From Lama glama (Eukaryota): a DNA stretch of 64,000 bases. The position numbers and the translations under genes were made by a program. The stretch lies in the NCBI GenBank assembly GCA_028534125.1, contig CM052829.1, forward strand, positions 4,650,001-4,714,000. The letters are read 5' to 3'. Of this stretch, positions 11,980 to 25,335 are shown piece by piece. Numbering within the stretch: position 1 is the stretch's first letter; every line of letters begins with the position of its first letter. The notes under the pieces are model-generated. The model had not been told where the DNA came from and ran no database searches. It was given only the letters and a program-made list of their open reading frames with translations.

Positions 11980-12093
11980 GTAAACTGTGGTGCATTCCTC
12001 CTTATAAACTATCTTATTTACTAGTAGTATTTTTTACCTGTCATCTTTGACATCTAAATCTAGTTTCTGATTTTATGGCATTTTTCCTTACAG

Positions 12094-12142
12094 TTCTGAT
12101 AGAGTACAGTGGACCCATCTCCACTCCCCATTCATATACCAG
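12094..12142 (+). pseudogene. Pseudo-exon: SDRVQWTHLHSPFIYQ
   Basis: Strong acceptor tttttccttacAG, donor CAG|GTAATT; 49 nt, phase 2 to 0, open. Confidence 0.7.
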
Positions 12143-13699
12143 GTAATTGATATCTCTAGCCACCTTGACAGCATAGGTAAAAAGAAATCCCCAATATCAG
12201 ATACATAAGAAGATAGAACATTTTAATCAAAGACAACTACTAAGCCAATTAAATACAAATGACTTTATAGGAATTGGTCTGTTACTATTTTGTCATGAAA
12301 AGATAATTGGAAAGTGATGACAGAGTGATTTTAATGTTAAATAATTAAAGATATATGAATATCCATTTTAATTTATGGATCAAATTATTATTTGCCAAAG
12401 TGAGCTGTATAGTAGTCAAAATATTATGATATTAATCTTTGACTCAGAGCTGAGAAACATTCTATTATGATAAATGCTAAATATAAAAATTTAGGTGTTT
12501 TTTTGATCATTAACATAAAACCGCAATGGAATATTTAACCTCAATCACTTGTTGATTTAAGGAGAAATAGGAAAGTTTGCACTGCTTAAAAAAATTAAGG
12601 AATTATCTTTATTTAACCAATACCTAGAATGAAAATATTTATAATTTAATGCAACTTGCTAGGTTAATGATAATATTAATAAGAAGAACAGCTAACACTG
12701 TGTGCTTCTTAGACATCAGTGACTACTCTAATAAGTTATTTCTGTTTATTAACTCATTTAATCCTTGCAACGGTCATATAAAGTAGGAGTTCTATTATCA
12801 CTTTCTCCACTGTGCTTGGAGACTCTTGTCCTCAGCTTGTCTGGAGAGAGAGGCTGTTGTGGTTCTCCCCCAGGTGGAAAGGAAGCCTGCACATCCCTGA
12901 AAGGGCTCACGGGAAACACCTGGAACTGTCAGCCTCAGGGGCTTCCCTTATCCAGGGAAAAGGATGTGGACCAGCTGAGTCCCTGCAGGGGAAGCAGCTA
13001 CCCCAGGGCCAGGACTGACCCCTGGCAGCTTCCTCACAAGCTTGCCAGGAGGCCTGGAATCCCTATCATTAGCCAGGAAATCATCTCCAACAGATCTCAC
13101 TGGAGTCCATCCATTCACTCAAGCCTGCGTGAAATCATTCATTCATTCATTCATTCAGCAAGCATTTATCGGGAGTCTGCTATTTACTTTGTGCTGAAGA
13201 CACACAAAGAAGTCGGAGTACTGGAACTTCAAACTCTCAGTTCAGGTAGTAAGCACAAGTCGCCACAGACCTGTGAACCCGAAGCTTTCGCTGCTTCTTC
13301 AGATTAGATCCTGTCCCTGGGCCTGGGGCAGTGGCCATTGCTTCCAGGCGCTCTGGGCCTTATCACCCCGGGCCTAGATTCTTGCAAAAGACTTGTTTCC
13401 TAACCCCCTGCTCTTCCTTCTCCAGTTCTTTCCTCACACAGATGCCAGATTCATTTTTGCAAACGCAGCTTCTCCCCTCATCAATTTCACGCTTTTAAAA
13501 GCGTGCAGTGAACTGCCCTCCCTACCATCACCACCATTCGCCTACAGGTCATCTGCAATTATTTCCGACCTCCTCTGACCCCTTGCGTCCAGTGTTCACC
13601 TTGAATGTGCCCTGCAAATTCTCACCGCTGCCTGTTCTCACCACCCACAGCTTCTCCGACCTCCGAGGCCCCTGTCTCTTTGTCCACCGGCTGTGCTAG

Positions 13700-13953
13700 G
13701 GTCCAGGCCCAGCCCCAGTCCCGCCCCTGGGCAGCTTTAACCGACCACCCCCAGTGACCTCACGCTTGCCCTTGAACGACTTCAGCTGGCAGACTGGTGT
13801 GCACGGTCACCTGCAGTAGCTGGTCCTGCACACGTCTGGCCCAGCAGGAGAGCGCCGGGAGTGCAGGACAGGCACAGAGCAGCTGCTCAGTGAGCCTGAT
13901 GGACCAGCCTCGGGATGATGAGGGAACACACAGAAGCAAGCTCTGGGATGGAG
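13700..13953 (+). pseudogene. Pseudo-exon: GPGPAPVPPLGSFNRPPPVTSRLPLNDFSWQTGVHGHLQ*LVLH...QKQALGW
   Basis: AG/GT-bounded 254 nt, phase 0 to 2, compatible with both neighbours; three stops. Confidence 0.55.
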
Positions 13954-14585
13954 GTGCGCGTCGCCGAATGTCAGAGCAAGCATGGACTCTTTGAGAGGCA
14001 TTTCCTTTCACTAACATCCTGAGAAGGAGAATTTTCAGAGGCCCAGGCTCATTTAATTAGAACTCGGAGTGAGCTGACGTACAAAGCTGCATTCCCCCGT
14101 GATCTCAGTGTAGGAGTTGAGTTCTAGGCAATTTGAGTTTGAATATTGCACTGTCGGAGACTCTGGGGATAATCTGGGACAAGTTGTTTCATTCCCTTGA
14201 TTGTCAACTCCCTCAGCTATAACATGGAGCTAAGGAACCTCAGGAAGGCTGGGAGAGTAATTCAGATTGCTCCTTTAAACAAGAAAAACACTTCTGAAAT
14301 TGCAAAATGCTTACATTAACAAAAACCCACCAAAATGGCTGTTAGTATTAGAAGTGAAGTCACGACCCGGTTTTCTCTTAGTTTGTTTTTGTTTTAAAGG
14401 AACGTCAGCTTGCTTATTTACCCACGTTGGCAGTGCCCCTTATCTGAAAATATGTAAATCCATTTAAATTAATTTCCTGTAATACCACACAAAACAATAA
14501 TCATATTAGTACCATTCATAACGTCCTAATAGCATTAACATAATTGCACTCAAACATGAAATTGTAGGTAATAGGCTTTTCATAG

Positions 14586-14751
14586 ACGGTTTCAGCGAGA
14601 ACGCCAGTTTTACCCTTACTCTGGGTCTTTAGTTCCAGATATCACCAGATGTAATTGTGCGCCTAACCTGAGAGTTTCCCAAAGGTTTTCTGCCTGTTTA
14701 GGAGAAACTATCAAAGAGCTTTTGTGATCCGAACGAGAAAAGTTTGCAATC
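14586..14751 (+). pseudogene. Pseudo-exon: RFQRERQFYPYSGSLVPDITRCNCAPNLRVSQRFSACLGETIKELL*SEREKFAI
   Basis: Acceptor cttttcatAG, donor GTAATA; 166 nt, phase 2 to 0, one stop. Confidence 0.7.
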
Positions 14752-14811
14752 GTAATATATTTCTGAGTATAATGGGGCTCTCACTTGAGCTTTTTCTTTT
14801 ATTTAAAAAAA

Positions 14812-15480
14812 ATTTTTTATTGAAATATGGTTGGTTTGCTGTGTTGTGTTAATTTCTGGTGTACAGCTAGTGATTCAGTTATACATATATATATTCCTTT
14901 TCATATTCTCTTTTTTTCTGACTGAAGTACAGTTACAATGTGTCAATTTCTGATGTACAGCACAGTGTCCCAGTCATGCATATACATACATATGTTTGTT
15001 TTCATATTCTTTTTCATTAAAGGTTATTACAAGATATTGAACATAGTTCCCTGTGTTCAAAAAGAAAACAATTTTTAAATCTATTTTTATATAGAGTGGC
15101 TAATATTTGTCAATCTCAAACTCCCAATTTATCCCTTCCCACCCCCTTTCCCCAGTAACCATAAGATTGTTTACTATGTCTGTGAGTCTGTTTCTGTTTT
15201 ATAGATGAGTTCACAGCATCTTTTTTTTCTTTTTTCTTTTTTTTTTTAAGATTTCACATATGAGTGATATCATATGGTATTTTTCTTTCTCTTTCTTTAA
15301 GAATAATGATCTCCAGGTCCATCCCTGTTGCTGCAAATGGCATTATTTTATTCTTGTTTATGGCTGGGTGGTATTCCATTGTATATCTATACCACAACCA
15401 CTTTATCCAGTCCTCTGTCAATGGACATTTAGGGTGCTTCTATGTCTTGGCTGCTGGAGTGCATGTGTCTTTTTGATTTG
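14812..15480 (-). mobile_element. 5'-truncated L1 3' end(s); two adjacent 3' tails
   Basis: Two T-tract-led L1 3'UTR reverse complements at ~14812 and ~14911; antisense peptide MSDIIWYFSFSF is shared with the L1 at 4.9 kb. Confidence 0.85.
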
Positions 15481-15815
15481 GAGTGGGCTTCTGGTCCTGG
15501 TCCATGGCATGCTCTGTATGCCGGCAGCTGGAACAGGGATGGGATCTTGCAGGCTGATGTTTCTCTCTTGGGAGTGAGCTGAGCCCTCCTGTTAGAATCT
15601 GGTTGGCTCTCAGACTTGCAGAATTCCTCCTGGGCTCCTTGGGGCCTGGGCACAACTGTGGAGTCAACACAAGATGTGCCTGCCAGGCCTCTGGCAGTCC
15701 AGAGCAGGAGCAAAGAACCTGACTCCAGAAGGAAAGTTAAAAATCTGGGCCTCGGGTCTAGCATGTCAATTTGTTTGTTTTTCACAATTTCGGGCAAATT
15801 TATTCTTTATGCAAG

Positions 15816-15989
15816 TCTGTAACCCACTTCTTCTCTGAGAAAAATGTGATGGAGGTTGTTAGAGTAACAGCAACCATCCGAGAAATCTGTCGTGAAAACC
15901 AGTAAAGGGGAGAAGGAACTGGCATCCATGCGGCACAGTCTGAGGGTCTGACTGAACCGTGGATGGTGTTCACAAACTCGCGGCAATTT
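15816..15989 (+). pseudogene. Pseudo-exon: SVTHFFSEKNVMEVVRVTATIREICRENQ*RGEGTGIHAAQSEGLTEPWMVFTNSRQF
   Basis: Acceptor tattctttatgcaAG, donor GTAATA; 174 nt, phase 0 to 0, one stop. Confidence 0.6.
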
Positions 15990-17093
15990 GTAATACATCA
16001 TTAAACCAACAAATAAAAAAGGAGACCACGTTGTAACTGAGTAGATCAGAGTGATTCTCTTTGATCAGATATTCTGATCTTGTGAGATAATTACAAAGCC
16101 ACCTCGAATTTACACAAGGATTTTCTTCCAACTGAGCTCAAAGCACTAACACATATTCCCCATCCCCGTTATCCTCCCAGTGACCCTATGAGGCAGCAGA
16201 AAACCATATAATCTCTGCCTCTTAGATAAGCCAGTTGCGCCTTAAGGTATTTTTAGCACTTTAGAACATAAATGATATTCCAGGGAAGAGTTACTTCCCC
16301 TTCCTTTGTCTGAAGTTCAGAACGAGGCAGTGGAGCTGCGGTGAATATTAAATAATATCACGGTATGAAAACAAAAGACAGACAGCTGAATGTCACGGGT
16401 CAGGGCCACTTTCCCACTATCGGCTGCTTTGTCCTTCTCCTTCCACCTAGCTGGGAATTTAGTTTATCTTAGAATGTATGGAATACATTTCTATACATTT
16501 CTGGTAACTTTTTCTCCACTTTGGAAATACCAACTATATACAATACTGAACATAGAAGCTACTAATACATTCAAAAGAGGTAAATAAATTAAATACTGCT
16601 GAGTTCTGACCAGAGTGCCTGGCACAGCACAGAGTAACTGTGAAGTCAAGCACTGGCGAGGTTTGAGGGCTTGTTCATTCAGAAGCCAAGAACCTTCTTT
16701 TGGACCACATCACTGCTGGTGATGATGCGGAGGAAGGACATGGGTGTGAGGGAGGTGACAATTGGAAAAGCCTGCCTGGCACCATGGAGGGGAGGCCAAG
16801 GTGAGGGCAACGGAAGGCAGAGAGGGCAGCTCTGGGCACAGGAATAGGAGAGCCCAGAAGGAGGAAGGACGTTCAGGTGATGGGGCCAGTGTTCCAGCGT
16901 CAGGGACCTCTGGGAAGGGAACATTTTCACTGACTCTTTTCAAAGGCTTAGAACTCTACTCAGAATGGTGAGGTCTCCATCCACACTGATGTTTCGTTTT
17001 GCTAACAACACAGTGACTGATCCACTTTCACGAATTATTTGGAGAGCTGATTTTACATGTTAAAAAAACCCCACAAAACCCCGCAGTTTCTAG

Positions 17094-17912
17094 ACTCTAA
17101 CAGCAGCTACTTCACCGGCATCATCCTGAGTCCCTCTGGGGAAGGAAATTTGACTGCAAATGTGCTCCCGTCCTCACAGGGCGTGACCACGAAACAGTTA
17201 AGCAGCAGTGACCCCAGGAAGCAGCATTTCGTAGCAAGTAGTTTAAATTCAGCTGCTGCAGTGGGAGAGGAAGTTGGAGACAGAAAACAACCTCAGAACT
17301 GTGCGCATTTAAATCAGGAGGGGAGCGGATGGCCTTCCAGTTCTCACCATCCCAGTGATGGTGAGAACCTGTCCCAACCAGGGAAGACCACAGTATCTCA
17401 CTCTCTGCCTCAGAAGACATTTGCATAACACATTTACATTTGAAGGGAGCCCACAGATTGGCAACTCCCAAAGCTTCAGCTAGGCACGGTTCTCCATAAT
17501 AGCAATTAGGAACAGAAATAGAATAACAATAGCTGTAGAAATACAGTTGCTGAGCTGTGGGTAGATGAGGCAGAAAAATCTCTGCATTTTAAAGACTGAA
17601 CTTTGAATGATTGCAGAGTTAGAGACTAACTGGTTTTTGTTCTTTGTGAGCTGGCTCTGAAGCCTTGTAGGGACCAAACCAATTTGGACCAGTGTGAGAG
17701 CTGAAGAGGGCTCCCTGTGACAGGAAACGAGGTGGGACCAGATGGCAGAAGGCCAGGTGGAGGCCAAGACAGAGTCCAGACGCAGGGCAGTGCCGGCCAA
17801 GGGGCCCACCGAGGTGCCGGGTGACGGCCGGTGATGGCAGGCAGTGGAGTCCATGCAGAAGGCCAGGGGCACCACCCCAGGGATGGAATGAGAGCTGAGA
17901 TCAGAAATGGAA
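17094..17912 (+). pseudogene. Probable large Ser/Gly-rich pseudo-exon
   Basis: Open frame 17057-17428 after an AG; further protein-like patches in a shifted frame (NTVAELWVDEAEKSLHFKD); ends uncertain. Confidence 0.35.
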
Positions 17913-18600
17913 GGTGGAGCAGGGCTATGGCTGCGGCACGTGGGGCAGACGAGGGAGCGCGGCATCGGCAGCGCAGAGGCAAAGCCTTCTTCCAACTTGA
18001 AACTCTGCCGCATCCTCCAGGCAACGGGACCCCCCTCAGGAAACCGCGCCTCTGAGATTTCTAGTTCTCCGTCCTCCCCTAACTTTACTGCCCCACCTCC
18101 ATCCCTCAACGCCTAAGAACTGTGCGGAGATGGATGGCAGGCCATTGGAAGGTTTCAGACAGTGTGAATGACCAATCAGGTGGCCTGGCCTGGTAGGGAA
18201 GACCCCAGCCAGATGGGGACAGCATGGGACTGTGGATGAGTGGGGACAGGTGAGAGGGAGTATTGCAGAGGAGAAGTCCCGACAAGGTTCAGAGTGAGGC
18301 TCTGGGTCTGGGTGGCTGAAGTGAGGCCGGAATGAAGCAGATCCAGGAAGCAGAGGCGTCGTCTTAGATGGGCTCCCAGAGGGATAAGGAGAGCACTTTG
18401 GATGATGAGGGCCTGGGATGGAGAGGAAGCTTGTGAATGAGATGCTACAATGTGTGTGGGACGGTGGCTGAGGGTGTCCCCACATGATAGGGGTCAGGAC
18501 ACATTAGGGTTAGGGGGACGCATCCAACAGGCCTGACCGTTAAAGGAGCAGTGGGTTTACCCAAGGGTGGACAGGGTGACAGCTGGGAAGACACCTTGGG

Positions 18601-19198
18601 GACCACGGAACTTGCAGTGGAGCCCTTTGCAGTCTCCCCCCAGAGAAGTTATTGCTCCAGCATCACTACAGATACGACGTCCTCCTGTGCTTTTGTTTAA
18701 TGCCGCCTTGTGATCATCTACGTGGAGATGGCTTATCAACTGCAAAATACTATGCAATCTGCAAGTTGTTGTCATTAGTTCCTGGGAGACAAGAACTATT
18801 CTGTTCTACACCAGAGCATTAGGAATTATTAGAGGCACTTCATAAAGACATTTTTATGATAATGATGTGGATACAGAAAACTAGTGCCTTTTCCAGGAGT
18901 GTTAATAAAATATTATTGGTAGGCAGTTTTCCAAGATCTTGTCCCAAGGTGCCATAATTATTGCAAACATTGTAATATGATATGAGAATATTGATTTTAA
19001 TGAGGATGTCACCAAAATAAAGCAGATCCCTAGCTATAAAAAGAAACACAGAAATGCTAAAATGAACACCCTAAAACTTATTCTAAGCCAATATAAAGGC
19101 GTCTGCTGGAGGACATGTGGCACAGTGGAAGGCTTTGACACGAGAGCATTTACTAACATGCTCACAGCATCAGTAGGTTATCCTAAAACGAGTAACAG
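18601..19198 (+). pseudogene. Probable large pseudo-exon: ..YRYDVLLCFCLMPPCDHLRGDGLSTAKYYAICKLLSLVPGRQELF.. / ..YENIDFNEDVTKIKQIPSYKKKHRNAKMNTLKLILSQYKGVCW..
   Basis: About 105 codons with one stop, then a shifted frame of about 95 codons with one stop; boundaries uncertain. Confidence 0.5.
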
Positions 19199-20163
19199 GT
19201 CTAAAAGACAATTGATAATATTTAATAAGATTCCTCGAAATATTAAAATATTAGGAAAATGAGAGCCCATATTTGTGCTTAATGGATAGACAAATTAAGT
19301 TCTATTTAAAAACTGGAACAAGGATGGTTCCTTAATAGTGTTCTGAAAACTCTGGTTAATGCAATGAGACATGAAAAAATAAAGAGGAATGATAATGGAA
19401 ATGGAGAAAAGATCGTTATTTGCACTTAACAAAATGGAAAACTGGAATATGCAGAGGAGCCAGCAAAAATAATCATGTTTAATAAAATGATTCAATAAAA
19501 TGTTAGATCTGAAATACACAAGCCAAAATTAATAGCCTCGCTAATTATCAGCAGCCACCAGCCAACAGAATGAAAATATAGATCCTGATTATCGTATTAA
19601 CTCGTTCCTCACAAGAACTCCCTGGGGATAAACCTAGTGAGGCGGATGTTGTTGCTCTAAAGAACATTTTAAAAAAATATTTAAAAAGGTACCAGAAGAC
19701 AAATAAATTGACAGACACATGTTTGTCTATCTAACTATCTATCTACCTACCTACCTATCTATCATTATCTATATTCTTGAATCAGAAGATAAAATATTGT
19801 CTCAAGCAAATTAAAAGGTTTACATAATCCTACTAGGAAAAGGAAAAGAGGATTAATTCAATCAGTTTAAAACACAGAGAAAGAGTAATCAAAATAGTTT
19901 GGCAGTGGTAAAGAAAAATTAGCAATTTAAATCAGTGGAACCCACCAAGAAATCAGAATCAACCTCCCATATAAATACGACTTCTACCTTCTACCTTCTA
20001 CTATCACTTCCCCCACTTTTAGTCAGGTATCTCTTGGATAACAGGGTAGCCTCCTAGCTGGTCTCTGCTTCTGCCCCGACCCTCTTACCCATGTCCACAC
20101 AGCAGCCGGCGTGAGCCCTTTATTTCACTCTTGTGTTCAAAGACCCTCCAAAGGCTGCCCATC

Positions 20164-20617
20164 TGTAGCGGGTTGAATCGTGTCTCCCCTGAAGTCACGT
20201 CAGAGTCCTAACCCCTGGTGCCTGTGCGTGTGGAATGAGGATCTTTGAAGATGTACTCAAGTTAAGGCTCTGGATATGAGACCATCCCGGATTTGAGATG
20301 GACCCTAAACCTAGTGACCAGTGTGCTTAGCAGAGAGAGACAGACAAGGAAAAGACATTTAGAGACATACAGGGGAGAAGGCCACATGGGGACCGAGGCA
20401 GCAACTGCAGTGATGAGCCCACAAGCCCAGGGCTGCCTGCAAGCCCCGAGCTGGGGGAGAGGCTGGGACAGCCTCCCCAGAGCTCCGGGCAGGACCAGCC
20501 TGGCTGACACTGTGATTTCAGACTCTGGGCCTCCACCACTGTGAGAGGAAAAGTTTCTGTTGTTCGAAGCAAGCAAGTTGTGTTAATTTATTACAACTTC
20601 CCTAGGAGACGGATCCA
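20164..20617 (+). mobile_element. MaLR solo LTR (MLT1-like) inserted into an L2 fragment
   Basis: TG...CA ends; MLT1 phrases tgtagcgggttgaatcgtgtctcccc and gatttcagactctgggcctcca..ctgtgagag; L2-like sequence on both sides. Confidence 0.8.
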
Positions 20618-22612
20618 CCGCCTTACTCAGGGTAACCGTCAACATCCACAGAGGCCGCTCTGGAAGACCCCCCTCACCGCAGACCCCCGCACCTCCTCCG
20701 CCGCTCCGGCCGTGCCGGCCTCTGTGGGTGTGCTGGTCGTGCCACCTGCCCCAGACCTCTGCACTGGCTTTCTGTCAACTGGAACACGGTTCCCTGACAT
20801 ACCCATTGGCACTTCTGGTTTGTGTCACGTTTCCATTTTTAATAGAAAATTTCCAACCATCTGATGGATTAATAGTTTGCTTATTTGTTTATTGTTTCCT
20901 CCAACTAAAATTGCCCAGAGCCTTTGGCTGAGTTGCTCACTGTCTGTCCTCAGCAGCCAGAACAGAGCCTGCCAGTGTGTGTTTGTTGAATGAAGGCAAA
21001 CAGACTGCATTCCTATGAGTAGGAATTTAACGTACAGCAAAGCGAACATTACAAAACAGTGGGGGGAGGATTCATTGGTATCTGATGTTGAGATATAGCA
21101 CATTGGAGAAAAATTAATTTAGATACACATCTTATCCTGTGTACTAAAAGAAAATTAAAGTCAAATATGTTTAAAAATTCATAGAAAAATTAGCAGAATG
21201 TAGAATAGTACACGAGTCTCTGGAAGCATAATAACTTTGAACAAATCGAAGCAGCTGGGGAAGCCACAGAGCTAACTAACAGTGACAGACTCAACTGATT
21301 AAAAATTAAGACTTGCGTGCAGTCCCGCCTCCTCAGATCCATTAAGAATCAGGACCTGTTGTTCCTGGAGTCCGTCATTCCCAGGTCCCAGAGCTCTCCT
21401 TCCCGGGTGACCTTTGGCCTGACCTTCTGATTTTGTGTTCGCTTCGTGGTTGGAAGCTGTAGTCCTGCCCACACCCCCTCGCGGCCTGGAGGACCACATC
21501 GGTTGCCTTGACGCAAACACCCGGTGGCTGCTGCTCATCCACCATGTCCCGAGCATGGAGGTTACTGGACTTGGGTCCCCTGCCCACCTGCTGGAAAGAC
21601 TTCCTTATCCTTGGACACCAAGCCTGGCCAGGCTGGCTCCCCCAGCACCTAGATCCCAGCCCCTTCTGCCTCCTATCTGGGCTGTCTTTTCCTGATCCCT
21701 CCCGAGCCCTTTGGGTAGCATTTAAAAGCTGCAGTGAAGCAAAACCTGATCTGAGGGGAGAGGCGCTATTTCACTTGGATGCTGCCATGGACGTGGGGTC
21801 CATCACATTCCCTGCTTGATGAGGGGTTTAAGTCTGGGTTAACCATTAACTTCTCAGTGTGACAGGTTCTTTCTTTTGTGCTGCAGAAACCCCGTTCTGA
21901 CAGGTAACGGAGAACCTGCTTCAGAAAGCCTGTGGTTTGCATAATGAAGAGCCGATTAGAAAATGGGGGCATTAAGGTAGCAGAAGACCTCAAGGAGAGA
22001 GGGGCGGAGGCATTCTGCTGTTCTAGGTGGCGCTTTAAAGGCCTCAGCAGACGGCAGGGCCCTTCCAGCTTCCAGCAGGAGGTGGCTGGGATGTCTTCCT
22101 TCCTAAACAGGCTGCTGGCCTCCGGGTGGGGTGGGGGGCAGGGAGGGGAGCACTCCCCGCCGGGGGCTGGGGGGAGGATGCTGCACCTCTGTGCAGGGGC
22201 TGGTTCCAGAGCAGCCCTGCTCGCATTGTCCTCTGTGGGTCAACTCAGTTATAGTGGCCACTGAACCTGAGGCTGGCTGGGAGCCCGCGCTGCCGCCCCG
22301 CTCCTGGAGAGTGACCTCAGAGGGCGGGGCCCACACTTCCGAAGCCCCTCTGCGCCCACTCGCAAGCCGGGAGCCGGACTGTGTGCTGAGAGGGCAGCCC
22401 TGGTCTCGCCCAACAATCGCTTTGTCTATTAATTGTACAAAACAACACAAAACAATGGGTCAGTCTGTCAAGAGTTTTTGGGGTGGGATGTAAAGCTCTG
22501 CTTCAATGGGGCCATTTGTTTTGGCTGCTGTGCCTTTTCTTTAGAGTCAGAAACAATTTCGGGTTTTTTTCCTCACCCCGCGCCCCCTTTATCAGCTTCA
22601 TTTCTCTTTCAG

Positions 22613-22795
22613 GCACATATTTCTGGTCATTACTGAGCTCTGCGTTTTTTGGTGACCAACAGAAGAGTCTTTCCAAAGCAGCCTTCTAAAAAATCAGATG
22701 TCAGTCTTAAGATTAGAAATATTACATGATGAATGAGATTTTTAAGAAAAATACGTATTTTAAGTTTGCTAATGGCGATACTGAAATTGCAGCCG
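22613..22795 (+). pseudogene. Pseudo-exon: GTYFWSLLSSAFFGDQQKSLSKAAF*...MMNEIFKKNTYFKFANGDTEIAA
   Basis: Strong acceptor tttctctttcAG, donor G|GTGACT; 183 nt. Confidence 0.6.
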
Positions 22796-23001
22796 GTGAC
22801 TGTGTGCACGGTGGAGAGGCAGAACCCTGCAAACCTGGAGGCGGGAGGGGCTGCCTGTGCCCCTGCCCTCACACTCCGCATCTTTCCCTTCCTCCCGGGT
22901 CCCTCCTCGGCCACTGCACCCCCACTCCGGGTTACCACTGGCGCCAGGCACAGTGAGCTCTGCTCGGCCCCCGCTCCAGGCCGCCTGTCTTGTGCCTGCA
23001 G

Positions 23002-23199
23002 GGCCATGTCCATTGCCCTTTTAGGAGCGGACCAAATAGGACATATGTTTGCCCAGAGAGCGTTTATCTAACAGTAGAATTCCGGGCGGAGGAAGGCACC
23101 TGGTTGAGCGAAGATCGTTTTATGCTGCTTAATCTCTTCTAGTATTACTTGGGCTTTGATAACACGCATTATATTTATAAATAGAAAATGCAGTTAAGA
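23002..23199 (+). pseudogene. Pseudo-exon: GHVHCPFRSGPNRTYVCPESVYLTVEFRAEEGTWLSEDRFMLLNLF*YYLGFDNTHYIYK*KMQLR
   Basis: Acceptor tcttgtgcctgcAG, donor GTAATG; 198 nt, phase 0 to 0. Confidence 0.65.
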
Positions 23200-23209
23200 G
23201 TAATGGGCC

Positions 23210-23380
23210 AGGAGATGGGGACATTAATTCTAGGTCTGATTTTACTACTGCCTCTCCGCGTGACCCTAGAAAAAGTGTGCAAACTCTCTGGGCCTTGGTT
23301 TCCTCTCCTGTAAAGTAAGTATGGATAGATAATATCTGATTCCCCTCTTACTATTAGAATCCTCTGAGTTTTATATAGAC
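23210..23380 (+). mobile_element. MIR SINE remnant
   Basis: MIR core ctctctgggccttggtttcctctcctgtaaa. Confidence 0.6.
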
Positions 23381-23559
23381 ATTTAGACATTTGTTCTGGA
23401 ACTTTCAAATGTTTTTGGTTTCCAACCAATTTAATTTTACTACCAGAATTCTATTTCTTAGAAATATCACAAGCACTCATCTATTTTTCTGATTTCTCTA
23501 GCATTTCATTCTTTGTAGCTCTTTAAATCTGAATAGGCCAAATCAGTAACAGAGAACAA

Positions 23560-23561
<2 letters not shown>

Positions 23562-23596
<35 letters not shown>
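23562..23596. repeat. (CA)n microsatellite
   Basis: Perfect dinucleotide run. Confidence 0.95.
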
Positions 23597-23597
<1 letters not shown>

Positions 23598-23778
23598 CAT
23601 CACTGCATGATTCTATAACAATTTACTCACTCACAGTTTCAAAGCTTACCCACAATCTCCTTTGTGACCCAGACTGGTTTGTTAAGTGCTGGCTCAGGAT
23701 TTTAATATGGTAACTACATGTCTTATGTTTTTTTAAGAGCCAGGCCCTTTTCCAATTACATCTGCTTCTTGTTAACAG

Positions 23779-23977
23779 ATTAAAAACTTCCATGTGAACA
23801 TCCGAGGAAAGCCCTGGTGCATTGACCCTTAGGAGATAAAGTCGAGGACAATTTGAGAATTAGACTGTTTAGTTAACAATCTCTAAGCCGAAATTCAGGA
23901 GCAGAAAGATAGTAGTCCTGGAATTTTCACAGGAGGCTTATCTAGGCGATGTTTCTAGCTGCATATGAGAAAAATAG
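23779..23977 (+). pseudogene. Pseudo-exon: IKNFHVNIRGKPWCIDP*EIKSRTI*ELDCLVNNL*AEIQEQKDSSPGIFTGG..
   Basis: Acceptor cttcttgttaacAG, donor AG|GTACTG; phase 0 start matches the previous exon; probable late frameshift. Confidence 0.7.
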
Positions 23978-24363
23978 GTACTGGTGGCAATAATTAATGT
24001 TGTCATTAGTTTATCAGGAGTCAATCTGATCTTCTTCTAAGTGAGTCTCATGTTTTAGATTTTGAAACACTTGGTGCTAATGAAGCTATGTAACCTCTAG
24101 TCCACGAGTTTTTACTAACAAAGTAAACTCATGGGAGGAAGATAGAGTGGGGCTTTGGATAAAGTGTTAACACGGTCCACTCACAGTCAGTGAGTCATGA
24201 AGTTCTGGAAAAATGGATAAACATGACCACTGAAGTCACTGGTCCCAAGTGCTGACCCTCTGGAGGGTCCTCAGGGTGGTCAAGGGTTCCCAGCCTTGCC
24301 TCCTTCCCTTTCCTGGTCCGTGCTGTGTGTGTCCTGGCATTGCACATGTGGCTGGCTCTGCAG

Positions 24364-24554
24364 GAGGAGCCTGAGGGCAGTGGGGCCAGAGAAATGGTCT
24401 AGTCTCAGCAGAGACCAGCTGGCTTCGATGACCATCATGGTCACAGGAGAACTGGGCAAGAACTGCCACGACGGAAACAACACATTTCACCTACAGGAAC
24501 TCATCTACAAGAGGAGCCATGTCATTATGAAAACTTGTCCATATTTATCTGTTT
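24364..24554 (+). pseudogene. Pseudo-exon: RSLRAVGPEKWSSLSRDQLASMTIMVTGELGKNCHDGNNTFHLQELIYKRSHVIMKTCPYLSV
   Basis: Acceptor ctctgcAG; open frame (ORF 24296-24697); donor uncertain. Confidence 0.55.
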
Positions 24555-25335
24555 GTTGGTGTTTGCTGATGCAGACTTCAAACTGGACCACAACTTCTCT
24601 GAAGAAAAGGGACTGCATTTCCTGTGCTCTCAAACATGTTGAGAGATTTAGGCTCTTCCCCTGGCTCTGTCATAACCAGCCGTGTCCATTGGGCTGATCA
24701 TTTGCCCTCGGTTTCGTCATGAGGAGTGGACAGGGGGCTGCCCGTGTGCTTCCCGGGCCCCTGTGACAGTGCCTGTGACCCTCCAGAAGCCTCACGAGGG
24801 CTTCCCTGTGCTTGGCGTGGGATGTTACTTTGTGAATCTGCAGATCGGAGACAGAGTTGCCCCTAAATGACCTGAGCAGAATATAAGGGCCTCTTCCAAG
24901 GTCAACTCTTGCGCTCTTCACCTTCCTCCACGGAGCCGCTGCAGGATGGAGGCCCGGCCAGTGCACTGACCCAGCAGGACAGTGGCCCACAGACGGGAGA
25001 GTGCCCCCCAGCTGACCAGAGTTGTCGCCACTCCAGCGCTCTGGTGACCCTTTCCTCCTGTCCCCCACCAGGCCCCATCTGCCCCTGTCCTGACCCATCA
25101 CTACGAATTTCCTGGATCTCCTTATTTGCCCTCTCCTGTATTTTGAGGTCTTAAGGGGATATTTATTTATTTATTTATTTTACAAAACCACAAATGATGA
25201 AATGCTAGCACATAAAATTTCTCCAGGGTACTTCCAAGTTTTTTAAAAATGGTGAGATACCAGTGGTTCCTCTGTTGTACAGACCCCCTCTGAGTTTAAT
25301 GTATCTTGTGAGCCTGACCTCTGGAGTGCCCACAG

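Noticed and set aside
17480-18485. Minus-strand ORFs of 132-209 aa
   Set aside because: GC-rich shadow frames overlapping a + strand pseudo-exon and an L2 fragment.
16620-21560. Candidate exons near 16640-16745 and 21463-21560
   Set aside because: Weak splice sites and unresolved frame.
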